Origin: Spizellomyces punctatus DAOM BR117
Taxonomy: Eukaryota
DNA length: 64,000 nt
Assembly (NCBI GenBank): GCA_000182565.2
Contig: KQ257451.1
Strand: one strand, 5' to 3'
Shown here: positions 26,687-39,360 of the stretch, piece after piece
Position numbering within the stretch: position 1 is the first letter of the stretch
Layout of the letters: every line of letters begins with the position of its first letter
The notes under the pieces: generated by a model
The model's database searches: none
The model's input: only the letters and a program-made list of their open reading frames with translations
What the model was told of the DNA's origin: nothing
Translations under genes and position numbers: made by a program

Positions 26687-27442
26687 ATGATGATTATTCC
26701 ATCACAAATTATGAATTGTATATTTCAAGGATGTAAATCACAAGAATAGCAAAAAGGACCAGATCTATTTTGGTGATTCATTGGCATTCACGTCGCCTGC
26801 GCCACTCCCTCATGTGATCTATGAAAAGGTGTGAGACAATTTCCGCGACTTTCCCCTCCACCAGACAACTTGCGAAGACCATCATCGCCAATCACCATCC
26901 TTCAAGCTTGCCGGCGTAGCAACCGAAGCAGTGGACTTCTTGGACCTTTGGCAGACAGGCTCATATTGAACGTGCAGGATTGATATTGTGTCATTGCTAC
27001 TGGGTACTCTTTATCTTTTTTCTTTTCTCTTTTACTGAGGGATTTCACCACAATAAAACAAGTCTGGGGTCATAGCGTCTGTTTTTTTGTCGGGATTTCT
27101 GTTATTTGGAACAAGCGGCCATCAGTGTTGCAAAAAAAAGAGAAAGTTAAAGAAAGAAGCACTCTGGGTTGGGACATAAAAAACGACAAAAAAAGGAGGG
27201 TCCACTGCAAAATAGATTCAAAAACGTTTTTTTCTTCCTTTTGGTTGCGTGTTGTGTGTGAAGCAAGTCTGGGACCTGTGTGTTGCGGGTGCCAAGGTTG
27301 TTTTGTCTTCCGTCCAGCTCGGTTGGCTTCGTCTTTGGATCATTCGTCGTTTTCGGGGTTTAAGCGCGCCATACCACACAGTTTGCCGATTTACGTCAAA
27401 GTCCAAACTGCCGACGACCCGCTTCGTAAAAGGTAGCAAAAA

Positions 27443-30400
27443 ATGACGCACGCTAATGCAGCTGAACTGGAGGCAATCCGGTTAGAATATCGGGCTTCTT
27501 TGGCGGATCTCACGTTCAACTCTAAGCCAATCATCACCAATCTGACCATTATCGCACAAGAAAATACTCCTGCCGCCCCAGCTATCGTCCAAGCCATTGA
27601 GGACCAGATGCGAAATGTAAGTGGATTTGCGAGATGCTCATGGATTGTTGAAATAATCAGAGCAGAGAAAAGTTTTGGATCAGTTATTGGCCGTTTTTTT
27701 TACTACTCATGTCAACTTTGGGCATAGAAAGCTACTCTCCCTAATCTTTTTTCGTTTCTTTTCCAGGCACAGCCGAAGCAAAAGTTACCAGTATTGTACT
27801 TGATGGATTCCATCATTAAGAATGTCGGCGGTATTTATATCAACCTCTTTGCACGCAACATTGTCCGCATCTTTGTCTCCGCCTACGAAATGGTCGATGC
27901 GGATGACAAACAGAGATTCTTCAAAGTGCTGAGCACCTGGAAAAGTCAACCGACTGGTCCAATATTTTCTAACAATATAATGGCGGGTATAGAAAGCGCT
28001 ATGAGGAAGGCCGCAGGGCAACCTAGACGGCGACCTTCACTTGGACAAATTCATGTAAATCCTAATTTTGTGGTATGTTTGGAGTGTTCAGCCTTACTTG
28101 CCGTCATCATTCTGATCAACCCTTTGTGTTTCAGGCTCGAGGGCAGTCATTCTCACCACAATCCACTACTGCATCACCCAACGTTCTGACCATGCCCACT
28201 AATCAACCAAATTCACAAGATCGGTCTGCTACTCGTAGGTACGGTGCTAACACTCCGTATGACCGACCACAAGGCGGCCGCGGCCGACCGGAATCTGGCC
28301 CACAAAGACGAGGTAACAGAGCAGAAGGCAGACTCGATACCCGCCGTCACCCCTCTCCCATCCAAGACGCTAGGTTATCTGACAAAGGATCGGTACGTGG
28401 AAGTTTGATAGGGATACACGGCCGTTCTTTCCCAACCGAAGGTTGTCTGGACATTGTGTGGTTCTGCATATATCTATTAGCGCGTAGTACTTTGACGGGT
28501 GGCATACTTGAAAGCGCCATTTGCAGTAGACTTGTAAAATGTTGTAGACCCATCTCTGTACACAGTCTGTTGACACCTCGGTTAGGGCTGATGGACGGCC
28601 TATCCCATTTCCGGGCTTCTTTTTCTTATGTCGTACTTATATTCCTCTTTTTCTTTGCGCAAATTTCTCTTTTCTTTTAGTATGCCCAGGGCCCATCAAC
28701 CCTAGCATTTGGCAATGGACGATCTTCAGGGCTCTCACCAGCGATTCCCTCAGTTACGACGGCGACACCTATTTCCCAGCCTTCGATGGCATTGGATGTA
28801 GTGTCTCTGCAGCAGCAAATTCAATCTCTACTCGCTCAGAAAGAAGCGCTTGCAATTCTTAATCCGCTGGATACTTCGAATGCTGGCCACATTCAAGTAC
28901 TTACCCAGGTTTGTAATATTTATGAAAGCATCCTGGATCATTCGATTAAAGTGCTGACCCAAGTATATCAATGTATTTCCTGGTCCGCTAGCTACTTGGA
29001 GCTATGCAGAACACTGCCTTAGATGCGGCTTCTATACAGCAAATCGCTCAAATGTTACAACAATACGCATTAGCATCCGTTCCCGCCGTTCCTCTACCAC
29101 AACCCGTAGCACCCCCTGCGCAACTTCCTCCCATTCTTTCCACAATCCTCCCTTCTCAACCTCTACCCCTTCCGAATGCCAGCATGGGTTTTGGTATGTC
29201 GGCGGCACCCTTTTTGCAACGAAAGTACTCGACACCAGGTTCTGGATTGGTTACTCCACACGCTGTTGCCGGCAATCTTTCGGGTGGTGTGCAAGGTCTT
29301 TTAGCTAATGCCTCTGCCCTCGATGGATTGTTGGACACGCTAAAGTGGGCCTCGGGATCCTCGAAGACGGGCACCATGATCGGGAATCTACCATTTGGGT
29401 CTGGTATTGCAGTACCGTCCGCTGTGGCACAGGATGATGGGGCGGTTATTGGTGGTGGGGAGCATGGTGGAGGCCGGGTCCGAACCGTGAAGGATTTGCC
29501 GATTATTAGATTGGTAAATGAGGATATCAACAAGTGAGTTGGCAACAGTGTTTGAATTTAGCGTCTAATTTAAATTCTTACAAATTATGGCAATCAATTT
29601 CAGGACCTACCCAAATGCCGTGGAACTCCTTTACGAAGCATTGGACCTCCAATGCAGACAATGCGGTACACGATACATGCGGAATGACACGGGACGAGGA
29701 AAAATGGATGCACATCTTGATTGGCATTTTCGACAAAATCGCCGAGCAAAGGAAAAGGCAAAGAAGGCGATATCGCGTGATTGGTTTGTTAGTGAGGAGG
29801 ATTGGATCAAGGAGCAGGAAGTGGATATTAAGGATCGTAAAGGTATGTGTATTGGATCTTTGTGTGGTGGATAATGGGAGAGTGATTAATGTGTATATTT
29901 GTTCTTTTTCAGCACCAACCCTGTTTTTCGAAAACGACAAAACTGTCGAAGAAGCTGTTGAAGAGGTTTCCAATATTCCTGCGGAAGGTGAAACGAATCC
30001 ACGATGTACAGTATGTCAAGAACCCTTGGAAAAGTTTTATGATGAGGAGATGGATGATTGGATGTTGAGAGCTTCGGTTAGGGTTGATGGAAAGGTATGT
30101 ATAGGGTTTTGTTTTGGAAGGGTACCCTTGTATACTGAATTTGTACGTTATTGTAGTTGTATCATCAAGCATGCTACCAGGATGCCCAAAAGGATGGTAT
30201 CCCGTCAACGAATGGAACGCAAGTCATTTCTCCGTCTACTGGGAAGCGAAAACGTGAGGATCAAGAGGAGACTCTAGCACGGGAGGGCAAAAGTAATAGT
30301 CCACCTCAAATTATTGCCATACCTACGCCGCCGCACCTGATGGCAGCGTCCCAACCATTGATACCCATCGGAAGTGTGGCACTGGGAGAGGGATTGACTG

Positions 30401-30516
30401 GGCTGGTATCGGGTGTGTCAGCTGCGTCTTTGTTGTCATCGTTGGGAGCTGGAAGTATGGTTGGGAATGCGAATGTGTCAGAGGATGTTGTGAAGCGATT
30501 GAAGCTTTCCGGATGA
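27443..30516 (+). CDS. PCF11: mRNA 3'-end processing/termination factor Pcf11
   Basis: [25 protein letters not shown]...[21 protein letters not shown]...HLDWHFRQN...[24 protein letters not shown]...YHQAC. Confidence 0.97.
28400..28619 (+). other. Long imperfect RNA hairpin within the 288 nt PCF11 intron (28393-28680)
   Basis: Nested pairings GGGATA/TATCCC, GGCCGTTC/GGACGGCC, AACCGA/TCGGTT, TGTC/GACA, TGGAC/GTCTG, TGTGT/ACACA. Confidence 0.75.
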
Positions 30517-30851
30517 AATTTTTAGCGGAAATTATAATGTTTTCCGATTTTTTTTTTTTTGTTTGACTTCTGACTGTGATAGCACTCGGGATTGAGTGAT
30601 GTGTGTCTTGGCGTCGTTATCGAGAAGGGATTGATTGTACTGCTGATTTTTTCTGTTATGATGAACGGAATACATTTGCATCATGATCCATTTCTTGCGA
30701 GATTGTACACAGTTGCATTTATCACATTATGCGATCAGATCTTTTTGCAAGCATGAAAATAAAGATTCCAAAAAAATATACTATGATGTGTATTATACAT
30801 AATGTTATAGAAACCCGTATTAACGCGATGGAATTCGTATGGTAAGCCCCC

Positions 30852-32230
30852 TTAAATGACTTGAATGATAACCTTTCCTGTAGCACGGCCCTGTTTCTGA
30901 CGGGCAAAAGCCTATCATATGTACACGAGATCAGTATGTAGGAACGAGGCAGCGAACGATGCTGATTTGGGCACTTGCCTCGCGGACACCTTCAAGCGTG
31001 AATGGGAAGGTACTGTCTACCAAGACTTTGAGCTTTCCTTGGTCGGCTAGGTTACCAATTTCCGCCAATTGTGTTCCGTTGGGACTATATATAAATGTTC
31101 CAAATCATGATTTAGTTTAAAACTTTTATCAAACTAGAAAAACAAAAAAACAATTCAAACGAACCTCATAAACAAATAATGGTAATCAATATTTTTAGAG
31201 TTTGCCGCCCATCGCAGTTTGTAGGTTAAGACGTCCAAGACTTTTCCCATGAAAAATCCGACGGGAAAGACAGCGTTTGCTTCTTCGCTGTTTGGAAGGG
31301 CAGCAATGGAATAGAGTGTGCCGCCGGGTTTGAGGATTGCGAATTGTTGTTTTGTTTCGCCGGTTGTGTCAATGGCCCTTTTTAGTAAAGTATTAGTTTT
31401 TGTATGTAGATGAGCAAAAGAATGGACTGAATACATACATGTCATAGTCTTTCAAAACCTGGGTGTAATCCTCCTTTTTATAATCAACGACGACATCTGC
31501 GCCCAAATCCTTGACGATATCAATCTTGGCTTCACTGACAGTTGTAGCGATGGTTTCAGCGTTGAAGAGGTGTTTGGCGAGTTGAATGGCCATGACGCCG
31601 ATACCGCCCGCACCGGCGGGAATGAAGATTTTGCGGGAGGGTTTTGAAGCAAAGCCGGATTTGTCGAGAACTTGGTAGGCGGTTAGACCTGTTAGGGGAA
31701 CTCCAGCTGCTTGGACGTGTGTCAAGGATTTTGGTTTCAAGGCTAGTTTTTCCTATATAAAAATGTTGTTGAGATTTTATCCATATTTTACATGATGAAA
31801 AGCAATGTTTTGGAGTAAAAACAAAATGCTCACCTCTGTCGAAACAACATATTCGGCGACAGTACCCACTTCTGACTGCCCGATCCGTCCAAAGACTTCA
31901 TCTCCGACTTTGAATTTCGTTACACCCGATCCGATAGATGAGACGACGCCAGAGACGTCGTATCCTGTGCGCAAGGGGAAACTTTCCTTGACAAGCATTT
32001 TCAGCTGGCCTTCTGCGCGCTTCCAATCGACTATAATGAACAAATGATGAATGTTTGTATAAAAGTTTGGAATCACATTATAATGGAAACATACTAGGGT
32101 TCAAAGACGCAGCATGGACTTTGATCAACACGCTGTCGGGAGCGTCAGCCGTGGGGATAGGCAGGTCGGAAATGACAATCTTATCGGGTCCTCCATAGGA
32201 TGTAAATTGTGCTGCTTTATAGGTTGCCAT
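30852..32230 (-). CDS. MDR-family NADPH:quinone oxidoreductase-like protein (RTN4IP1/Yim1-like)
   Basis: VLIKVHAASLNP|DWK, GYDVSGVV...FKVGDEVFG, AAGVPLTGLTAYQ, IFIPAGAGGIG, LGADVVVDY, GRATGKVII. The last intron is GC-AG. Confidence 0.93.
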
Positions 32231-32775
32231 GATGCTTTCCTTTCGTGCAAGAGTTTGGTATGGGATATGTCAAATAGCGAGGGTGAGAAGCGGGGACGAT
32301 ACCCCAGCAAAAGAAATACTTTAAAAAGACCTTGGATATGTCATCACGATTGCCATTTGTCATCATCGCTTTGGCAACACACAGCGCATTATTATTAAAA
32401 AAAAAGGGCGTGCAAAATGCCCCAACGGCTGAATTACCCTACCGTTGTCCGCCCTCGTTCAAAACAAAAAAAAAAAACAGCACGGCAAAAAAACCAGCTC
32501 AAGGTGAGTAAGTTTGGGAGTGTTACCGGACACGTACGGACAAAAAGCAGACAAAAAGCACCAAGAAGAAACTTGTCATTTGGAACACCTTTTGCAAGTT
32601 GGAACACCTCTGTGTGGAAAAGCTTTTTGGATGTTGACGCCGAAATTCGAACTCTCGCATCACATCCAGTCATGTGATCATATCGACTAAGCCATCGGCG
32701 AGAGAGGACGAGCTTGGATTGCATGTGCAATAGTTGGGCGGACACCTTTTGTTCGGAGGCGACCTGGCAATCGCG

Positions 32776-33738
32776 ATGAAGGCAATTCTTGTCTCGCTGT
32801 TCCTGCTGGGAGCTATCGTGGCTCCCATCGCAGCACTCAATACTTTTACTCTCTATGTCCCTGCTCGTACCGAGCTTTGCTTCAATGAGTACTTGCAACA
32901 CAAGGACAGACTGGATCTCTCATTCGAAGTCGAGGAGGGTGGGAATCTAGATATTGACTTTGTGGTGGGTACAGCTATTGTTCGTCTCTGGTTTTTCATT
33001 TGGCAATCTTACATGTACTGATTTGGTCACTCAGATTTACACGCCTAGCTCAAAACCTCTTTACTCGCTAAACGGTGAATCGTCCAGTCACTTTGGCTTC
33101 AACGCCGAGGCGGAAGGAAAATATGTGTATTGTTTTGGCAACAAGGTGCTACTCTTTTCTACTTCAACATCTTTTGTCAGTTTCTGATGATATTGCTTTC
33201 AGATGTCATCCATGGTTGAGAAAAGGCTTTCATTCAGCGTTCATGGGCCGGACGAGAGATGGAAAATTGAGGAGCTAGAGATGAAGCAGAGCATTGGTAA
33301 GTTTTGTACAGAGTAGCAAGCATGTAATGGTGCTATGGACATGCGAACGAATCTCTGAACCCTCCTCGCGCTTCAGATGACCCGACCGAGACACTCCAAT
33401 CTGAGATTCGCGTTTTGGACGCGGGTATTCGAGCTATTCAAGACGAGCACGCGTTCCTGATGCAAAGAGAGCGAAGACATCGGCAAAGTATGTGTGGGGT
33501 GTTTTGTGATTTCAGATTACTTTTACCAATTGTTTGCAACCACAGCCGCGGACAGTACTCGATCCCGCGTTTTGTACTGGACGCTTCTCCAGACTGCAGT
33601 GTTACTTGGGGTGTGTTATTTTCAAGTGACCTATCTTAAAAAGTAAGTTTATGCTTGCGTTTGTGATTTAGGCAGGCCCCTAACGAAATGCAATGCATAT
33701 GCAGGTTCTTTGAGATGCGAGGGGGCCGCATTGTATAG
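32776..33738 (+). CDS. p24/emp24/gp25L GOLD-domain cargo receptor
   Basis: Signal peptide, CFNEYL...FEVEEGGNLDIDF, GKYVYCFGN, RERRHR, TRSRVLYWTLLQ...FQVTYLKKFFE. Confidence 0.93.
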
Positions 33739-33844
33739 TTGCAATAGAATTCCTGATGCCTCATAGGAGTACAATGCTACCTTTCTCGGTTATATACAGC
33801 CACAGAAGCATACTAACAGCCAGTTGGATTTTGGAAGGACCCCA

Positions 33845-33883
33845 TTCGCCAGCTAGGATGGGAACTTTCGCCAGCTAGGATGG
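33845..33883. repeat. 17 bp direct repeat TTCGCCAGCTAGGATGG x2 (period 22)
   Basis: Copies at 33845-33861 and 33867-33883, downstream of the p24 gene. Confidence 0.9.
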
Positions 33884-34586
33884 AAAGATGCTTTTTGTTA
33901 TTTGGAGCCCGCCTTTACACCATAGTGTATGTGGGGAGGCTGATAAATGGGGGGGCACGAAAACTCGTACTTGTAAAGAAGGATGTGGTGCTCTGTCTCA
34001 GCGGAATCATTTATTTTGAGTGCTCCCAAACATGAACAGATATCATTGGTCCCTTGTTTGGGATTTGGGGAATTTGGGACCTTGGTTATGGGACCACGTG
34101 ATATCCCAGGAATCAAAGTAGGTATTTCTCTCGTGCAAGCAACTTTGGAGTGTGAGTTGTTTATGCCAAGGGTTCACTTTGTTTTATATCATTTATATAT
34201 CACGTGTATTAACTACTCTCTCACACACTCTCTTGAAAGAGAAGAAGAGATGAAACATACAAATTTTCACACTAGAATGGTTACTACTTGAGGGACATTG
34301 AACGGTGTTGCATTTGTAGGACAATTTGTATCGTAGGGAATGATGGAGCCATGGATATGAACATTTGATTAAAGGCTCTCTTGTTTTCCCTCCCCTTTTT
34401 ATTCCTTTTATTGTACGATATTTCATAGTAATAATCATAGTAATAGAGAACAAAGGTGAGATTGTTGTTGTTGTGTGTGAGATGCCATCACTCGTTTAGT
34501 TGACAGCTGTCTCTGCATTTCCATTGAAAAAGAGTTTCAACAACAGTAAGGTCTTGCCCCAACCTGCAAGAGGACAAAGGGGCGGG

Positions 34587-36659
34587 ATGCGCGCCTTCCT
34601 GCCTTTTGTTCTTGTTTGCCTCACGTTTGGCACAGTGCATGGACAAGGTAAGGACTCGATTCACTGTGCTAGAGTCTTGTTGAACTTTTGGGACTCTCTG
34701 TTGAATGTATGCGTTTTTCCTTGCAATAGCCAACAATGACACCCAGACAACAGCACAGCCTTGTGCCGTACCTCTCGTTCCTATTCCTCCTTCCTTCACC
34801 CCTTCCTTCATGTCCGCTTGCCATCCAACCCTCCGATGCTGTCTTCCTTGTCCGGCTACCGACTATCTGTACCCTCCAAACGTCATTATAGATAATCAAC
34901 GCACAATGGGCATCTTGCGCATCATATCGGGCACGGCTGCATTCCTCGTCTCCGTCTCATACCTTGTTCTCCCTGGCAAACGAGAACACCCTCGTGTCTT
35001 TGTGCTATACATCAGTTTCCTACTGGCAATATGGCACTGGATAGGAATGAGCTATTTTTTTGGTGACAAAGGACACAATGTCTTTTGTGCAAAGGACGGC
35101 GTGACGAGGGCGACTCTGGACAACAATGCCTTTTGTGCGATACAGGGCCTAACAATGATATGGGCAAGCATTGCTCTGACTTGCTGGGGACTGGTGGTCG
35201 TTTTGAATCTGCATTTGGTATGTTGGTGTGCCACTGTCTATACTCGTAGTGTGGAGGTAAATCTAATCAACGTCAAACTCTTGGATTTTTTCATCAACAG
35301 CAACTCGTGTGGTCAAACGCTGTTCTGGAGCGACTAAAGTGGGCTCCCCACTTGTTCTCCTGGGCCATCCCTACCATTGTAGCCGCTTGCGCGATAATCT
35401 CTCCTGCTGTCCAGTACGGTGGTGGAGGATTATGTTTTGTGCAAACATACAAGGGACGGTGGATTTTTTTTGTGCCAACCGGGATCCTCTGTACTAGTAT
35501 CTTTTTGATCCATACTGCCACCACTGTGTGGCTATGTCGGAAGGCACGCTGCTGCGGTAGAAGAAAGCGGAAACCTCTGCTCAAAGAAATCGAAGGCGGA
35601 CTAGGGAGTATTCCTAGAGATGCTGCAAACTCGACTCTTCTTGATCTCGATCGCAACTTGACGGGTATACCATCGACACCTCCGAAAGCGGCAATCCTTA
35701 AAAGAACAAGCCGCGCGACGTTCACAGGCGTGAGCAAGTCATCAGATAGCTTACTTCAATCGGTCGGCTCGCTCACTAGAAAAGTGTCAGTAAAGCTTTC
35801 TGGCGTAGGCACTGTTCAAATACGACTCATAGGTGTCGGAATGATCGTGGTTGTTATCGCCACGGTATACGGTCTGTCGTGCAGCCTTGACAAAACTCAA
35901 ATTAGCGGGTTTTTCAAAGCAAAGAATGCCGAACAAACACCCGCCGAGGACCTTGTAGCCTGTATGCAGACAGCCCTGACACAGCAACCGCCATTGTCGA
36001 GCAGCCAAGTTTTTGACATCTGTAAAGCTCTCATAAAGCTAAAAAGAGGAGTGGTCTTTCCTAGTCCGGAGAGATGGATTGCAACCGAAGTCATCCTCTC
36101 CCTTCCTGGCCTTTGCCTTTTGGTCATGTTAGCGAATAGTCTTGGAAGAGACTGGCGAAATTGGTGGAGCACGAAACGTGACGCGGGAGGTGGTACGAGA
36201 GGGGACAAAGATGCGTTGGAGTTGAGACCCTACAAATGGGAACGATCACCATCGCCAACATCAACGAGGTCCACAAAAGGGCTACTGCCACAATCCGTTT
36301 CCCCACCACTCGCGAAATCCCAGCTATCCACATCGTTTCCAACACAATATTCCGAATCCCTGTCGGACCTTTCCTCATCAGAATCAACGTCACTGCCACA
36401 TATCACCATCCCAGCTGCTGCTAAAACTCCTGCCACACCCAACACATTTACCTCACTAGTGCCGGAGACGCCGTCGACAGCCATTGGCGAATCTACCTCC
36501 CAAGGCACATTTTCGACAAGTTCAGTTGGCACACCTGTTTTGGTTCCCTCGAGCTCATCCATTCCAGTAGCTCCTGGCTTTGAGCGAGTCGCACACGAGC
36601 CAACGATAAGTCACCCTTCTGAACAGGAGGTGTATGGACCAACCTTTTCTCCCTGGTAG
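34587..36659 (+). CDS. 7-TM receptor, Frizzled/Smoothened-like without a CRD (fungal GprM-like)
   Basis: Signal peptide, CCLPCP...YLYP linker, SYLVLPGKREHP, ECL1 VFC...NAFCAIQG, VVVLNLHL, ECL2 GLCFV, long ICL3, Ser/Thr-rich tail. Confidence 0.8.
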
Positions 36660-36905
36660 AACTGATAAAGTTGCGTAGAACCGACCGATAGCATAGACCT
36701 TAAACAGCGTAGGCCGCACGGTTGCTCCGATATGTAGACCATACCGACTTTTTTTTTGTAAATCTCTAGTTTCTCTGTATATACTTTTTAGAATACACAC
36801 CCGTCATTCGTGGGAGCACTTTGTTTGTATTGAAATATGGCTAAGCCACCTTCATCGGTGGGTTTTCGAGCAGTCCGTTGCTGGAAGATCCTACCGACCT
36901 CAGTG

Positions 36906-38523
36906 ATGCATCCGCATAATAACTCAAGCTTCGACCCTGCGCATATAACACGCACACAACAGGAACGCTATGCTCGTGCATTCCAACCTACTCCAAAGGC
37001 GCAGGATCCAGCAAATGAAAGTGATGACAATGAACAACTCGACGACACAGTCGAACGAACAATGTCCCGCCGGGAACAACCCTCTGGATATCTTGACCTC
37101 GACGCTCTAGACCAAACTACCATGGACAAGCATTTACCAGAGTCCAATATAGGATATCGGTTAATGCTCAAAATGGGCTGGACGAAAGGAAAGGGACTTG
37201 GAAGGGAAGGCGACGGTTCGTATTGCAGATTGTCACCTTGAACAGAACTGACAATTGTCTTACGAGTATTGTTTTTGTTTTTTTGACTTTTTAGGACGGG
37301 TGGATCCCGTACGCATCATTGTAAAGGAAGATACTCTTGGAGTTGGAAAAGGCGAGGAACTCGATACTTACCATTCCGAGAGCACATCAAAACGGAAAAT
37401 GCTGGAAAGTGAGAAAATCGCAGAGGAAACTCTGGAGGAAAAGACAGCGCGAGAGGTACGGGAAGCTTCTATACTTTAAGTATATGAAAGGGGAAAGATT
37501 CAGCGCACACCAGATCCTATCGGATCCAACAAGTTTAGTGTTGGGTTTGCTCTGGGGTCCAGTTTTTTGCCTGCATCTGTCCTTCTCCAAAGTTCTGTGC
37601 TGCATATCCTTGCGTCGAACAGTGTACTTTACGTTTCCCTCCTTTCCATTCCATGTTTTCGGTGCTGCCTTTTACATGTTCCGCACGCGTCAATTTCCGA
37701 ACGACTTGTCACGACGTGAATTGATGAACATAGGCCAAAATTCAACGCGACCAAGCCATCAAGGAGGAAATCAAAACGGTCACATCAGCGTTCTACTGTG
37801 ACATATGTCATAAACAATACCGGAAGATTGCAGAGTATGAGACTCATCTGTCTTCTTATGATCATCATCACAGAAAGGTTTGGCATTGGGCAGTTGTTGC
37901 TTTCATGGAGCAAGTCTCACATGGAATGTATCTCCCAGCGGTTTAAAGAAATGCAGAATATGTCCAAAAAGGGCACACTACCTGGGACGGTTAAACGCAA
38001 GCGTGAAGACAAGGAACGTGCCAGAGAAGAAAAAGAACTGCGTCGGTTGCAGGAGGCGGCTATGGCTAAGGAGCGGAACAAGGGCGGTGCAAGTTCAAAT
38101 GCTGGAGTTGCGCCTGATATCGTTTCAGCTTTGGTGGTGGAGAAAAGTGCTGCAAGTGAATCGGGGGGTTGGAATACCTTGCCAAAAGCGTCAACAGACA
38201 ATGGCAATGAATCCGCCTCGTCACTACCTGGCAACGGAGATGCCGCCCAAAAACAGACGGGGGGATGGGCACCGATATCAGAGACTACCTCGGGCAGCGG
38301 CTGGACAAACGCTGAGGACTCTCCACAAAACGGAAAGGCAACCGGTGGCTGGTCATCTATCGACGAGACTTGCCAGTCACAAGCGGAAACGTCGGCAAAG
38401 AATACGCCCGCTGCACCAAGCGAACCCCCCTCGGCGCCGTCGGCACCCAAACTAGCTTTTGGATTTGGATCCAAAAAACCGGGCAGTACTGGTTTGAAAT
38501 TCTCTTTCGCGAAAAAGGGGTAG
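36906..38523 (+). CDS. G-patch plus C2H2 zinc-finger protein (GPATCH8-like)
   Basis: LPESNIGYRLMLKMGWTKGKGLGREGDG|RVDPV...LGVG; FYCDICHKQY...HLSSYDHHHRK|RFKEM. The start could be 36837. Confidence 0.9.
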
Positions 38524-39360
38524 AGCTTTAGGAATTTTTTTTTTGGTGTAAACGTTTAATCAAACAGTACTATGGCCTGAGTAAAATGTGTGCGAATATC
38601 GGGTTAGAATTACACACAGATGACAGATTGCTTTCCACTAAGGAAATGGCTGGGAAATTGCCATTCCTTTTTGTTTGACAAAGGAACCAATCTGAACACC
38701 AATCTTTGGTGCAGCACACATCCATGTGGGTGGGTCACGACTGTAAAAGTGTTTGCATCCCATCGACCCATCCAACTGGATGTGTATTCGACAGTTGGTA
38801 GACGCTGACCAGTCTGCTTGGATGGGGGCTTCACCACAGCCTTGTCTATACACTTGAAGGGCACTGCCAAATGCCAAAATACTTTCACAACGCGATTCAT
38901 GTTAGATATCTGCTGCTCCTGCTTTCGTCTTTTCTGTCAGAATATGATTAGTACGCCCTGTTACTACACCAAATGTTTATCCAAATTTTAGTTTTTTGCT
39001 GTCGAGAACTATGGAATCTTTTGCCGATCGAGACTACACAAAGCAGATGGCAAGTTGCTGCACAAGGGTTGAAAATCGCTAAAAGCACTTTTTGACAGCT
39101 AATGACTGTGCCTCCTGCGCGTTTCCTCCGCTCTGATCTTTCTCAACTTTTTCTCAACTTTTTTTTTTTTTGCCAGATCTGATGCCATGTCTTGTTTGAT
39201 CTGGGGTATCCCACTGTCCAGAATGCGGGGGTATCTGATATACTGGTTGCGTGGTGGGTTGTTTTCGACGAGATGTGAAAGACGTGTTTTGCGGAGGGAC
39301 AAACGGGTTCGTCATAAAGATCGCGGACATTGGCTGTTCCAGCGTTAGTGACAAGGCAAT

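Noticed and set aside
37604-37612. ATATCCTT resembling a U12 5' splice site
   Set aside because: It lies in the middle of a U2 intron, and no matching U12 branch site was identified.
38610-38900. Overlapping short minus-strand ORFs
   Set aside because: No recognisable domain; likely chance ORFs.
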